From assembly GCA_018398765.1 (NCBI GenBank), contig JAHBMJ010000112.1:1-64000 (forward strand): DNA of 64,000 bases. The letters run 5' to 3'. This document shows positions 24,257 to 37,500 of the stretch, piece after piece. The notes beneath the pieces are model-generated. The model was not told the origin of the DNA. It was given only the letters and a program-made list of their open reading frames with translations, and made no database searches. Origin of the DNA: Chromera velia. Its lineage: Eukaryota. The stretch's first letter is position 1. Each line of letters begins with the position of its first letter. The translations under genes were made by a program, and so were the position numbers.

Positions 24257-27200
24257 ATGCTTCAGGTGCCAATCATTTTTACCATCTGTTTGGCACTTGT
24301 TTTCCGCTCAGCAGTGGCTCGCCTGGTCGCCCGATGTACACAGGGGACGGCACGGGCCCGAGGAGGCGTTACACAGCCACACGATCACTCGCTGTGCGTG
24401 CTGCGTGATTTGTGCGTTGTAGACGGACAGGTTGTGTGGGATGTGGATGCGCACAGCGACGTCTCTTCCCTCCTTCTTCTAGACCCAAAAAGGGAACACG
24501 GGGGTACTGCAGGAGATGGTGTGCCTCGTCGTGTGCTTGCAGGAGAGTTGTTCTCTCATGTGAATATCTCTCTGGGGGGTTCTGCAGAAAGCGGATCCGG
24601 TTGGAAGCCTGAGATATCATCTCGGCCTGCAGACAATGTTAACCCTCCGGTGTGGCACGTGAACCGGAAGATGAGGGACGAAGTTCTGGTGCTCGGACAG
24701 CTGGGAACCCCCGAGTGTCCTTTGCAATGCTCTGCCGGGAACATTGGCCACTTCCTTTTGGAGACTGTTATCCCAGCTGCAGGGGCACTCGCCGTGTTCG
24801 GACTGCAGTTCGAAGAGCTCCAGTTTGGTTTTGTGGACTCTGTTGAGAGCGGCATCAGGGGGCATGTGGAGAGCGCGAGTGAGTTGGAACGCAGACAGGC
24901 CGAGCGGTCCCGATCGGTGCTTGGAAACTACGTGCGACTTTGGAGCGGTAGAGACCCGCTGATCGTTCCGGATACAACGAATACTGCTGTGTGCTTTCGG
25001 CAAGCAGTGCTCGGGGGGGGGCCTTTCTTTGCCATGAACTGGCTTGGAGGCCGTGGAACCATGCGTGCGTCTGTAGGCAGAGAGGCGTTCCTCCTCGCTG
25101 CAGACACAGCGAGGCAGATTGTGTGGCGGCGCTTGGGACTGCACCCACATTTGGCGGCAGATGCCCCACTGCCGCCGGCCCTGAATGCAGAGCGGCCCCT
25201 GCGTGTCACTCTGGTTGGTGTCGTCTTGTTCTGCATGCGTAGCCTTACTTGTGTTGAGACTCAACCGCTTGTTGGAGCTGTGTGTTTTGTGTCTTCCCTT
25301 CAGTTTTTGTGTGGTTTTGCCGGTTCCCCTTAGGTCTGTGCTGCCTCTCTCCACCCTCTTTCCATCACCTCGTCTCCTAGCGCGCCTGATTGCCCTCTAG
25401 ATACTCAGGTCTCCTCTTGTTGTTGTGGGTGTAAGAAAAGAGAGATTGGCTTGAGTGTGTCTCTGTGTGTGAGAGGGAGAGAGAGAGAGAGGCAGGCAGA
25501 CAGATAGTCAGATAGATTGACAGACAGACAAATAGAAAGAGCAGGATTCTGAAACAGACAGAGAGTGAGAGAAAGAGAGAATCAAAGGGCAACACGAGCT
25601 CGGTCGGTTGGTCGCTCGGGTGTGCAGGTGGAGAAAAAGATCAAAAACGCCAAAAACGACACCGGAAAGGCCATCCTTGGCATTCACAGACTCGCCTCTG
25701 ACCTGCAGAGGGTTTTGGGGAGTGCAGTTGAGGTGACCGTGGTATCTTGGGTCGACATGGAACCTGAACAGTGGACAACAGCGCTGTACCATACAGACGT
25801 CAGCTCCGTAGCTTGCGCTCTGTATTTCCCTCTAGAGCGCGCGCTCTCTCTCTCTGTCTCTCCCTCTTTGTGTGCGTGTGCGTGTGTGTGTGCGAGCGTG
25901 CGTGCGTGCGTGCGTGTGTGTGTGTGCGTGCGTGCGTGCGTGTGTGTGTAAGAGAGAGGGGGGGCGGGGGTGGAGGGGTAGAAAACAGGAAGGAAGAGAG
26001 AGAACTCCGTGAGGGGTTCAGGAAGGGAGAGTTTACTTGGCAGGATGGCTCACCTACGTTTGCTTGGACTCTCTCCCGACATCTCAATCAAAATCTCTGT
26101 AAATTGCATCGGTGATTCTGTCTCTATTGTCGTTCTCCATGTGTTTTCTCTTCTGTTTGGAAATCGATCTTCTTGCCCTTTGTCTCTGTTCTTTGTGAAG
26201 TCCACGCAGGCGATGCACCTGTGTGTTTGCTTAAGCGTATGTATGTGTGTATGTGTGGTTCGGGTGCGTGTCTGGACGAGAGAACAATTGCAGGTGCTGA
26301 TCTCTCCTCCAGGTGCAGTGGCGTACAACGGCCTTCTGCTTCGTCCCTCTGCAGTGGCCCTGGTGCTCCCTGCGTGCGGGTCCTGGATATCTCAGGATTG
26401 GTGGGTGAACTTCCAAAGCGGGGGGGAGGACGCAGTCACGTGCTCTGCATTTGTGGAGGGGGGGGGGCAGGTGGGAAGGCAGGTGGAGGCACTTTCTGTC
26501 TCCTCCCTGTCGTGCGGTGCGTTTGAGACCGTCTTTCTCCCTATCGCTAGCCTGATTTTGTATGACCTCCAGAAGGAGGAGATAGTCCCTTCGTTGGTAT
26601 GTGGGAGGCTCCATTTCCTCTTGAATCCACAAAATCTTGCCCAACGGGTCTGTGAGGTGGCAGAGGATATGTCTAGAGAATCCAAAAGGCTAGACAGTGT
26701 GTGCAAAAGCCTAGATCTTCCTGTTTCCGAAGCCTCTCCCAGATCTTGTCCGTCAATTGAGCCTCTGTCCTTGTCCAAAAAAGAAGGCATGGAAGAGTGG
26801 CCTCTGTCCTTGTCCAAAGAAGAAGGCATGGAAGAGCCTCTGTGCTTGTCCAAAGAAGAAGGCATGGAAGAGTGGTCGGGGAAGAGAGAGAACGGAGAGA
26901 TGATAGAAAGGGGGGTAGATGAGGGACAGAAAGGAGACAGTTTGAGTCCAACTCTGCGTATTGTCATTTTCGTCAAGGCCGTTGCTCCCCCTCTGTTCGC
27001 CCTTCTGCGTTCACTCCAACAGTCTGATCTGGGAATTTCCAACCAAGTGGATCTTCACCTGATCCTCCCATCCCCCCCGTCAGAGGGAGAAGAAGAGCCT
27101 CCGCCTCCTCCTTTTCCTTCTCCTTCTGTGACCGGGGAGGAGGACGGTCTCCCTAGAGACAGGCCGAGCGCGAAGCCAACAAAGTTTCAAGAAAAAACGA

Positions 27201-28345
27201 CCACTCACAGCAGAACACAACCCAGGTTACACAAAAACGGGGTCGGCACCCCGCTATCGCCTACACTCAAAAGTGCTGTGTCTGAAGAGACCCCGCCCTC
27301 TTTGCAGTACAGCTTGCAGGAAACCGAAAATGCGCCCGTGTGCACTTCTTCGGAGGTTCATCTCGGTCAGGAGGGGGGAGAGTGTGGGGGGATGTCGGGG
27401 AGGAGCGCTTCAGATTTTGTGTCTTTCCCCCCGTCTATGAGTGTGAATCTAAATGATTCTCTGAACAAGTCTGCCTCCTCCAGCTGCGAGTCGGGACTCG
27501 AGGCTCTCGAAAATTTCTTTTGGCCCTTTGGACGGAAACGAATTGTCCAGGTATCCCACGCCACGGACACAAACACACACGAAGGCCGCACCAACCCCAG
27601 CCTTGATCTGTCGATTTTGGAAGCCCTGAAGTGGACAGTGATGTCTGCGAAAAATGAGGGTGAGGTGCAAAGAGATAAGAGTCCCCCGAGGCTTCTGTTG
27701 CTTGACGATGAAATTGTCGTCTCTCCCTTCTTCCTTCGATTCATCGAGGAATGCCACAACGCACTGGAAGGGCACCCGAACTTCGCAGGCTGCTCACTGC
27801 TCCCGCCCCGGGGATGCAGCCTGACGCACGCATGCCCAGACACAGCCCTGCGTCCCATGGAGTTCTTCGCCCGCCTGTCGGCGTCTGGGTCCGGTGCGTT
27901 TTTGCACCCGTTGCTGGGCTTTGTTGTTGCGTTTTCGCCCTCTCTGGAGTCTTGGGCCTCTTTCGTTGGCCGACTCGAAGGGGCCGTGAAGGACGGGAAG
28001 GCTCCTTTAGGAGGCCTCCCCGGGATGGAGGGGGTGTTCCGGTCCATGATGGAGAGTCTGCCTCCGGGGGCTGAAAAGGAAAGCGGGAGCCAGGGAGGTG
28101 GAGAAAAGGGAGTCCCATGGAAGTGGCCAGCTTTCCATCTGCAATACGCCATTGAGCAGGTCAAATTGGTGGCCTCCGCAACGTTAGCCACAGGCCAAGG
28201 AAGTGAAGGCTTTGCTATTCAATGGCCACGAGGGGGGAAGCCGACCGGAAGGCTTGTTACCGAATGGAGCGAGAAGCATAGACCGATTTCCAGGAGTCCC
28301 CCAGTGGTATCACTGGATGGGAGGCTACATATTAACACTGTATGA
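24257..28345 (+). CDS. Secretory-pathway glycosyltransferase: GT61-like N-terminal domain plus GT-A (GT2-like) C-terminal domain
   Basis: Exons 24257-25213, 25628-25798, 26294-28345 in phase 0. N-terminal hydrophobic anchor. GT61-type motifs NIGHFLLETVIP, VCFRQAVLGGG, DVLISPPGAVAYNGLLLRPSA. Second domain LRIVIF..LLRSL, FFWPFGRKRIV, LLLLDDEIVVSPFF. Confidence 0.7.
26761..26875 (+). repeat. Coding tandem repeat, 3 x 36-39 bp (PLSLSKEEGMEEW)
   Basis: GCCTCTGTCCTTGTCCAAAGAAGAAGGCATGGAAGA repeated in frame in the interdomain linker. Confidence 0.9.
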
Positions 28346-28536
28346 TCGTAGCATTTAAAGTAAGTTACATTCATATAATCAGTAATACGAAACCGTCAAA
28401 ACATATTGGAACGCTTTTTATATATTTGTTTATATCATTTTGTATAGCATATTGCTGCCAGTGATAATTCATCCCTATGCATCTATACAAATCAATTTTG
28501 TTTCAGTAAAAAAACGACTTTTTTAAAAATTTTTTA

Positions 28537-28930
28537 CTACCATGGGCGACAAAAGTATTGTACATTTTTTTATGGAGTTGGCGAAGATTCGTTTTTGAAG
28601 TTGACACTGGATCAAGCGGGCTAGAATAGAAGTAGATACAGCATAAAGTATTACTTTAAAGTAATTGGCTGTACACGTCCTCAATTGGCAAAGCTAGATT
28701 GAATTATAAATTTATGTCTTACTTTTTATAGGCTTGGTCGATCGGTCACTTCAGAAAAAATAAGTTTACTTATATTTGAGACATATTCTCCCCACAACCC
28801 CTAATTAACACCTGATTGAAACCGTTATAGCTTACTAATTTAATTGTATAAATGTTTACTTCTTGTCATATTTCATTGGCGCTAGAGAAGTCAAAAGATG
28901 AGTATATAAAACTTATGTCGCCGATGGTAG
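28537..28930. mobile_element. MITE, about 394 bp, TA-flanked (Tc1/mariner-like, or a mutated CACTA end)
   Basis: About 30-bp imperfect TIR CTACCATGGGCGACAAAAGTATTGTACA versus reverse complement of the right end CTACCATCGGCGACATAAGTTTTATATA; TA on both sides. Confidence 0.75.
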
Positions 28931-29571
28931 TATAGTTATAAAAAATAAGGTCAGTTTATAACAGTCTAACGATGTTGGGCTAACAAAGGTAAGGATAGTG
29001 ATAGTGATTTTAACACTGATTTAATTGGTGCAGGTAGAGCAGTGTACAATCATTTTGGCGACATAATGTGTAACGTACTCTAAATTTTTGCTCAGGTATA
29101 TATACCAGTTTTAAATTTTTTTGAATGTAAAAATACTTAATTGTAGACGGGTTTTTTTTTCTTGAAAAAAAGCAACAGGGAAATGAAAGAGTTGCACTAA
29201 TTGGGATAACTTGGGAGCTGTGACAAAGTCCGGCGTTCGCATTCTGAACTTGCCTTGCGCGCGCGAGCGAAAATGTTTTTTTTTTGCAAGCATGCACATG
29301 GATGTTCCTGTAGCTTTGTGTATATACGTATATTCGTATACTGCTTCGATCCATATACACAGAGCTGTCACTTGTAAGTCTACACACAAGCAGACGTAGT
29401 TTGGTACAGATGCATTCTGAAATAGAAAGTGCACCATTCTGCCTACCCTTCTGTGAGTCCAGCTAGGTACGCGTCCGGCAAGTCAGAGCAAATAACACAC
29501 ACAGCGCTTCATCCGAGGCCCGCAAAGACGGCTGGTGAGCCCATGGCCATGCAGACTGAACCAGGATCTTG

Positions 29572-32500
29572 ATGTCTGCTTTTGACTATCCTGAGGGTGC
29601 ACAAGGCGGTCGTCCTCCAACACGCAGAATGTCCGCTGGAAGCCAACCCCGGGGGGGGTCAGCAGGGGGCCGCCGGTTCAGCCAGCCCCCTCCATATTCC
29701 AACGCGGGAAGCCTTCAGGGGTCCCGTCGATCCTCCTGGGCTCCTGGAGCTGCACCCATCGGAGTGCACAGACCCCCCGAAGAGGACGCAAACTCTCGAA
29801 TCGTGTTCAGGGGCAATGAGAACGGAGGGGGTGACTTTCCAGAGGCAGGAGAGCCCCGGAGGCGATCGGTAAGAAAGAGAAGAGAAGGACCAACCTTGAT
29901 TGCATGCATGCGGTTGGACTTCTGCGTTTGCTTGCAAGGGTCCTGTATCTAGAGAAAGGGGCGGGTTTTTTGGCTTAATGACAAGTTGAGAAGCGAAAGA
30001 GCTGCGTACAAGTGCGGACGTGTGGATGAAAAGTCCAAAGAAAGAAAATCGATTCACCGATTTTCTTGTTCTCGTATATATATTCCTTGAAGCGTCGATC
30101 TTTCCTTCCTGCCTGACTGCCTGCCGTCCTTCGATCAATGATCGAATAGATCAATAATTAAGCGGAGCGTAGCTCGCTGGTGTGTTTCTCGCACTGTTCG
30201 GATGAAGAGAACTTCAGTTTCATTTGTCTACTTTACTTTCATTTTTCCGTGGCGTGCTTTCCGCCGATCCCCAACAAACACTAGCTAATGCGTCCGTGTC
30301 CACCGCCCGTCTTCTGTTCCTTTACCCTGATCCTCCCTCTGCACTTATGTTTCTCCCCACCCTGAACTTTCTCCACACGTCATCCTCCCAAGTTCAATAA
30401 TAATATGCCCTCCCCTCTCTTTTCGTCTACTGGTTGCTTGCTTGCTCGCTGGCCTGCTTCCTTCGTGCTCCCAAGGCCCCCCCCCTTGCTCGTCTTCCCT
30501 GCCTTTCCATCTCACACCTTGCCTCAGCTCTCAGCCCGCTTCCCCGTCTCTTCTTCTCTTTACTTGCAGGCCTCCAGGGGAGAGGGCTACTCAGAATACC
30601 AGGTGGGCAAAGCAGGTCGAAGTTCAGTGGTGCCCCCACCCCTGAGGAGGGAAGGGCCATGTGTTTGGCGGCCAGGAATGAAGGCAGGAAGTGAGGGGGA
30701 GGAGAAGGAGGCTTGCTCGGAACATAAAGACGAAAAGCAGAAAAAGAGGATCAAGGACGGATCGAATTTTCTGCATCGCCGTACCATGTGTTTCAGTCTC
30801 ACTCAGAGTTTCTAAGCTCAGCAGTCTCAAGCATCAAATTTCTTTCCCCTTTAGTTAGTTCATTTCCCCCCTCCGTTCCCGTCTATTCATTCCTGCAGGA
30901 CCACCCTGGAGACCCCCAAGCAGAGGAGTACGACGAAGGCTCGATTCATGCGGTGCGTTTGTCTGTACGGCCTTTGCAAAGATAATTGGTGTGAGTGACG
31001 TTTGATCGAGTGCCCGTCTGTGATTCGATCGGTTCTTTACAGATGATGATGGATTGCTCTGAAAATTCATGCACACGCAGCTCGAGGGTCGGTCACTCAG
31101 GCAGGCGATTCTTCAGTCTTGAATCCTTTTTTGGCGTGCTCCATCCATTCGAATGAAGTCAATCTGTATGTCGGCATATGACTCTACCGATTTCCCTGCC
31201 TGCCTGCCTGCCTGGCTACGTCTCTACAGAGTCGCCGGGGATCTGCACACTACCAGCATTTACCTACTTTGGACCCAAAGCAGGCCCTCATAGAGTTCTC
31301 TGTGGCCGACGATTCGTTTGTGGGGGAGGACGGTCTCCGCCGCCGTTCGTTTGCGGCCCCCCCTCTGTCCCCGGGTTCTGAGGATTTTGGAGACGGAGTA
31401 GAAGCGGACGGGGAGGGTGACTACGGACCGGGGGGTGAGTTGGAGCCCGAAAGCAAAGACCCAGTAGATCCTGGGAGAGACGGGGAGACTTATTATCAAG
31501 AGAGCCGACGGGGATCCGCATCTGCACACTCAGTGCGGTCAGGTCGTTCTGCTTCTGTCGGGCAAGGTGGGGGGAGACGGGCAAGTCAACAAAGCAGCAG
31601 ACCGGGGGGAAGGGGGTCCGTCCATTCGAGTGTAGGGTCGGCGGGACGTAGGGGGTCTGTTGGGGTCCTTGTAAGATCTCGGGAGAACTCTTTTGATATC
31701 AAGAATGAAGGGGGGGGAGGGGGAGATTGGGGAGGGGGGGGTGGTCTCGCACGTTCGCATTCGTACGGATCATTTCGAAGTGGAGGAGATGGGGGGGGTG
31801 GGGGGTCGTTAATTGATGAAATTCGGCGACTTCAGGATAAAGTAGCTGAGCTTGAGGAAATACAGAGGGAGGGGGATGGAGGTAGGAGACGGAGGTCATC
31901 AGGCGGAGGAACCCGGATGTCTCAGGGGAAGAGCCAGTCTGCGTCTTACGATTCAATTCAAGATGACGGGGAAGGATCTTATTACTCTCACAGCCAACCC
32001 CCGAGAAGGCAATCTCAATTGAGTAGAGGGGGGGGATCTCAGCCTGGCCGGGGGGGCAGCGCTGGGGGGTATTCTGATCAGTACACCCGAAGCAGAAGTG
32101 GTTCCTATGCAAGTCAGCAGAGTGAATCACAGACAGCTTCCCAGCAGCCCCGTCTCCGTCGTGTGTCCGGTTCCTCCAACTCGTTATCTCAAACCCAACA
32201 ATCCCAATCCCAGCTGTCGGGGTCTCAGGGTTCCCGGGAATTTTATGGATCGGAGGAATACGATCAAGAGCAGAGTTGGGTTGAAGAGGGAGAAGGGGAA
32301 GATTACGGAGACGATGCGGGGGATTATAGAAGAGGGTCAGTTCGATCGGGTTCTCGTAGCCAATCTCGGTCCTCTCTGGGATCAGGTTCTTACTATTCGA
32401 GGGACGGGGGGAGGAGACGCTCCCAGCCAGAGAGTCAACAGGGACATCGCAGAGACAGCCAAGGGAGGGAGCGTCTGCCCTCAGTCCCTGAGGGGGACGA

Positions 32501-34565
32501 CGTCGTCTTTCGAGTCGTTGACTCTCGAGAGGGGGAGATGGGGAGGCTCCAGATGTACGGAGACAGAAAACCTGGGGTGAGTCAGTGAGTGAGTGAGTGA
32601 GTGAGTGAGTGAGTGCGTGCGTGAGTGAGTGAGTGAGTGAGTGAGTGCGTGCGTGCGTGCGCGCGTGAGTGAGTGAGTGAGTAAGTGCGTGCGTGCGTGC
32701 GTGCGTGCGTGAGTGAGTGCGTGAGTGAGTGCGTGAGTGAGTGCGTGCGTGCGTGCGTGCGTGAGTGAGCGGGTGCGTGCGTGAGTGAGTGAGTGAGTGA
32801 GTGAGTGAGTAAGAAAGTGGGTGGGTGAGTGAGTGAGTGAGTGAGTGAGTGAGTGCGTGAGTGAGTGAGTGAGTGCGTGCGTGCGTGTGTGAGTGAGTGG
32901 GTGCATGCGTGAGTGAGTGAGTGAGTGAGTGAGTAAGAAAGTGGGTGGGTGAGTGAGTGAGTGAGTGAGTGAGTGAGTGTCTTTCTCTTCCAAGACGGAA
33001 AGAACGACAGACAGACAGACAGGCAGACAGACAATCGTGTATGCATGCGAGCACGCAAACAGAAGGGCGGATCCATGGATTGACAGATTGACAGCAATTA
33101 AAGAATGCAGGCGGGCAGCAAGGCAATCACATCTGCGAGTGAAACAAAAGAGTTGCTTGCTTTTTTCAATACAGAGAGAGGCTTTCGATCCAACCGTTTT
33201 ACTGCGAAAGATTTTCATGACGAAATAAAGGAAGCGATCCCTCCAATTCAAGTTCAGAAGGACGTTCCTCTTCTGAAAGTACACATGTGCAAAGCTACAC
33301 AGTTATGCACAGAAAAGTGATGGAATGACACAGCTCAATTTTCGTCTTTCTGAACGACTGTATGCATGCAGCGAAGCAGCACCAACAACGCCTCTGAGGA
33401 GTTGGCCCATCTCCTGAGGAGTGCGGGGATGCAGTTGGAGAACGGGCCTGTGACAATAGAGACCTCCAACGGGAGGAGCCTCGATGAGGGGGGGGACCTG
33501 ATCATTCGGGCCAACGGGAGGTCTGTGGTTCTACGGGCAGGCAGGACGACAATGACCACACGTGCCCACACCGCGTGCTCCCACACTCCGGCAGCCGCTT
33601 TCCGACGTTTGGGGGGGGGGTGTGCGGGGCAGCATGACACTTTTGTAGTCACTGCCCGAGGTAGCCCTAGAGAAGGGGGGACAGAGGACGACGGCATGGT
33701 TTTGGAAGGCCCCGAGGAAGGGGCGAGAGACGGGGCAGCGGATCCCCAGCCCAGCTGGAGGAGAGGGGTGCCTGAACAACACCTGCGAAGGAAGGTTAGT
33801 CAAAAGTAGACGACGAGCGTGCGTTCGTGTATACAATCAACGCCTTTTTTTGCACTCATGAAACATACAAACTAAGAAGAAAAGCAACCTCAGGGTCGGT
33901 ACGAGAATCGTCCATGTGCCATCGCGAAGAACAGGGGTGGCAAGTCACTCGGCACACGTACCCATTTGCATATTTGTTGTCTGGTGACGCCTTTTTGATT
34001 CCTGCAGAGTGTGAGGAGGAGGACGTTTTTGTCTTCTGTTTTCGTGTTTCCTACTTTGTTTCTCTGATTTGGAATTAAGTGACTGACTAAACACACGCTT
34101 TGCTTGCAGGGACGGGGTGCATGGAAGTTCCGTCTCCCTCAACTCTCACAAAGAGTAGGGCCCCCCCACTGCACGGGCAGGTCTCACCGTGCAGAAACAG
34201 CAGCCGTCCATTTTGAGACACATGGATGCACCCACCCCCATTCCCCGTATGTTCATTCCGACGGCCGTGTCGCCGAAGAGCCGGGGCTTTGTGAGCGCAA
34301 CATTCAGGGGAGGGCAGTGGGAACGTGTATGAAGCACGGGGCAGCGGCGGTCTCTGTAAACAATTGTGGATCTAATCAGCCCTGTAGGTGGTCCCCGAAC
34401 GGTGTCGAGCGTCCCCCCCCCGGTATGTGTTTTGAGACGTTGCTCCGGAGAAGTCAGCAATACGGAACTGCAGAGTGCTGCCATGGAGATCTCCTGCGGC
34501 ATTCGAGGCAGAAGAAGAAAGAAGACTTAGGGGAGGGAATGGAGGAGGAAGAAGAAGCGGCATAG
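29572..34565 (+). CDS. Large Ser/Arg/Gly-rich low-complexity protein with Cys/His-rich C-terminus (7 exons)
   Basis: Phase-0 GT-AG exons about 29572-29868, 30570-30602, 30899-30952, 31229-32576, 33111-33278, 33372-33794, 34110-34565. Many RRxS motifs. No family recognised. Confidence 0.72.
32577..32978 (+). repeat. (GTGA)n/(GTGC)n microsatellite starting at an intron 5' splice site
   Basis: About 400 bp of GTGA/GTGC tetramers directly after ...CCTGGG|GTGAGT. Confidence 0.95.
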
Positions 34566-37157
34566 CGCGACTGCATAGGGACTTACGTTCGTGCATATGC
34601 AGTGACCGATTGATGCATGATCGAATTTAGCCAAGACTTGAAGAATTCAGTGAAGCTCTCCACTGCATGGGAGCAGGGGGACGTGTGTGCATTCAATCGT
34701 GCCTTCACTTTTTGATCGTCTCGCGCGGAGTTGTGCGTGCGTCATGACCATACCGCATCGCTCGGGGGAAAGTAGGGGAGAGGGGGGGAGGGGGGAACGC
34801 AGACAGAGAGGGAAAGAGACAGACAGACAAACAGAAAGATACAGACAGAGCCGGTAAGATGGTGCGGACAGAAAGGAAGGAGGGAGGGAGAGAGGAGTAG
34901 GGTCAGGCAGAGATTCAGAGAGAAAGGGAAGGGAAGGGAAGGGAAGAAGGTCGGGGCGGGGGGATCTGAGCGGGAGAGAGCGAAAAAGATGGTTCAGGTC
35001 ATCGCATAGAGGCATGCAGAGAAAACAAGGGAGGAAAGCCCTCTGTGTCCATCCAGCTGGGCAGGGAAGAGGGAGGAGAACTAGGGAGGCTTTGTGTTCG
35101 CGTATCTGTATGTGTATCCGTCCGTCCGAAGACAACTGAATCAAGAGAAGAAGAAAGAAAGTTGTCGGACAGGAGTTGTCAGTCAAATTGAATTGACAAT
35201 TGATGTTTCTCTTTACCCTCCTTCCCCGTCTCTCTTCCTCTTCCTCCATCCAAATGTGCAGAAGAAAGCAAATCTCCTGTTTCTCACGCAGCTTGCAGAG
35301 ACATTCAAAACTCCTGGCAGAAGCGCAACCAAGCACGAGATCAATCTTCAGTAGGCAGCCGCTCCTTCATTCTTTCCCGTCTGAGCTTGCAGGCAAAGAT
35401 CCCAAATTAACGTGCAAATCGGCAAAAAGAAGGGGAAAAGGGCAAATAAGTCTCTAGACAGAATTAACGACTGCGAAGGCACATGCCTGCAATTCCTTCC
35501 GACAAGTGAAGCCTCGTTGCCACCCCCACCCACTTGTTTGGCACATAGACTTTGGAAGACGCAACGACCATCCAAGCACCCTAACCTTTACATATATCTA
35601 GAGAGTTTAATTAAGCCTTACCCTTCGTCGGCTTGGGGGAGAAGTAAAAGCATGATGGTCTTTTCCCGCCCACGGTGATCCCCCCAAATCCTAGCCCAAA
35701 TCAACTCAAAGTCATGCGGGAAACAGACAAGAGGTCAAAGAACCAAAAACTGTCAACATAATCTAATAGCTTTGCTTCTAAAACGATTGAACATATCTTA
35801 TAAAATTTCATTCTTTTTTTAAAAAATATTAAAACAACGAATTTGAATACACAAAGCTAAAAAATATAGTTCCGAGTCATTAATTAATTAATCAGATCAG
35901 ATCATCCATACGCGGTGAGCGTTTCCTGGCACAACATTTTAAAGCAAACACACATATTTAGACAGTCCCAAATCCTCAAGTAGAGTTAGAAGGAAGTCGA
36001 GAATTCAGGCGCTAAAGAATGGTAAGAGGATCCAGTTAGAGAAAAAAAAGATGGGCAAAAAGAAATGATCTAACATTTTGATTCCTACAGATTAAATGAA
36101 CCGTTTTTTCTCTTTGCCAAACGTATTTAGATCAAAATTTTAATATGCATAGCATATTTAGTTATAGTGTGCTGGCTTACTCCTGACTCTATAAAGCGGT
36201 ATGTCTTAACTTGCCACTAATCTTGGTAGCATAGTAAAAAACCGGAGCAATTTAGGACAGGTCGATGGAACCATATTACCATAAAATTCGTGAAAAAAAA
36301 AAATCAGGACAGCTTCACTTAGACAGTGTATATGCTTTATCGCCTTCCTCGTAGAGTCCAAAATACAAGCTGTGGCAGACTTCTGGCGTTGCCGCCCCAC
36401 CTTGTTCTTGCAGAAAGCTTTGGAAAAAACATTGCCGATCGACCATTAGAGAGATTGAACACTTTGACTTATTGTTAATCAGAACTTAATCTAACATTTA
36501 TAAAAACTAAACCAATCAATCAATCAATTAATTAAAAGAATCAGCAGTAAACATAGCACAATTCTTAAGTATAAAAATCGATTCTAATCGAATACTCATG
36601 CCCGTTACGTGTAGTTACATATACTAATGTGTACAAAATAGTGCAAAACCTCTACTGTTTTTTGCTAGAATTTTGATTAGCTAGATCTTTAGTATCTTTT
36701 CACAGCTTTTAAGACCGTTAGGACCGCTTTATTGAGCTTTTACTCAATATAGTGAGACAATTTGAGATTGGCAATCATCATCAATCAATTACGATTATAA
36801 TTCTGATTATGAAAGTTTTGTTATATAGGCATGCATACGCAATTTAAAAAAGTTTTGTTAAACAAATATTTTTTTTAGTTTCTGAATCGTATTGTCTCGT
36901 TTTGTCAATATTCGTGAATTGGAAAGGGATAAGTTGCTTAGTGGTGCTTTCCATAACTCAGTCAGTCTACATTTGTCTGTGCACCGGTATGTAAATCTTG
37001 GGAGCTGCAATCGGCTGCAATTGCATGAGAACATATACGTAGGCACAGAATACATGTATTGTGTGCTAAATTGGTTCAAATATGTTCGATCACAAAGAAT
37101 CAAGACAAAAGGAAATTCATTCAGCGGTACGCACGGCAATGCAGGCACATATAGACA

Positions 37158-37159
<2 letters not shown>

Positions 37160-37235
<76 letters not shown>

Positions 37236-37404
37236 CGCACGCACACACACACGCACACACACACGCACGCACACGCACACGCATACGCACACACACACGC
37301 ACACGCACACGCACACGCACACATAAACACACAGACACACACACACACACACAGACACACACACACACACACATACACACACACACACACACTGTCACAC
37401 ACAC

Positions 37405-37447
<43 letters not shown>

Positions 37448-37500
37448 CACACATACACGCATACAAATATACACACATTCACGCACGCATGCATGCACGA
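37160..37500. repeat. Compound (CA)n/(GA)n microsatellite
   Basis: Seen directly. Confidence 0.95.

Noticed and set aside
31699..33284. Long minus-strand ORFs rich in THSL/HARTH
   Set aside because: Translations of the (GTGA)n microsatellite and the antisense of a real exon.
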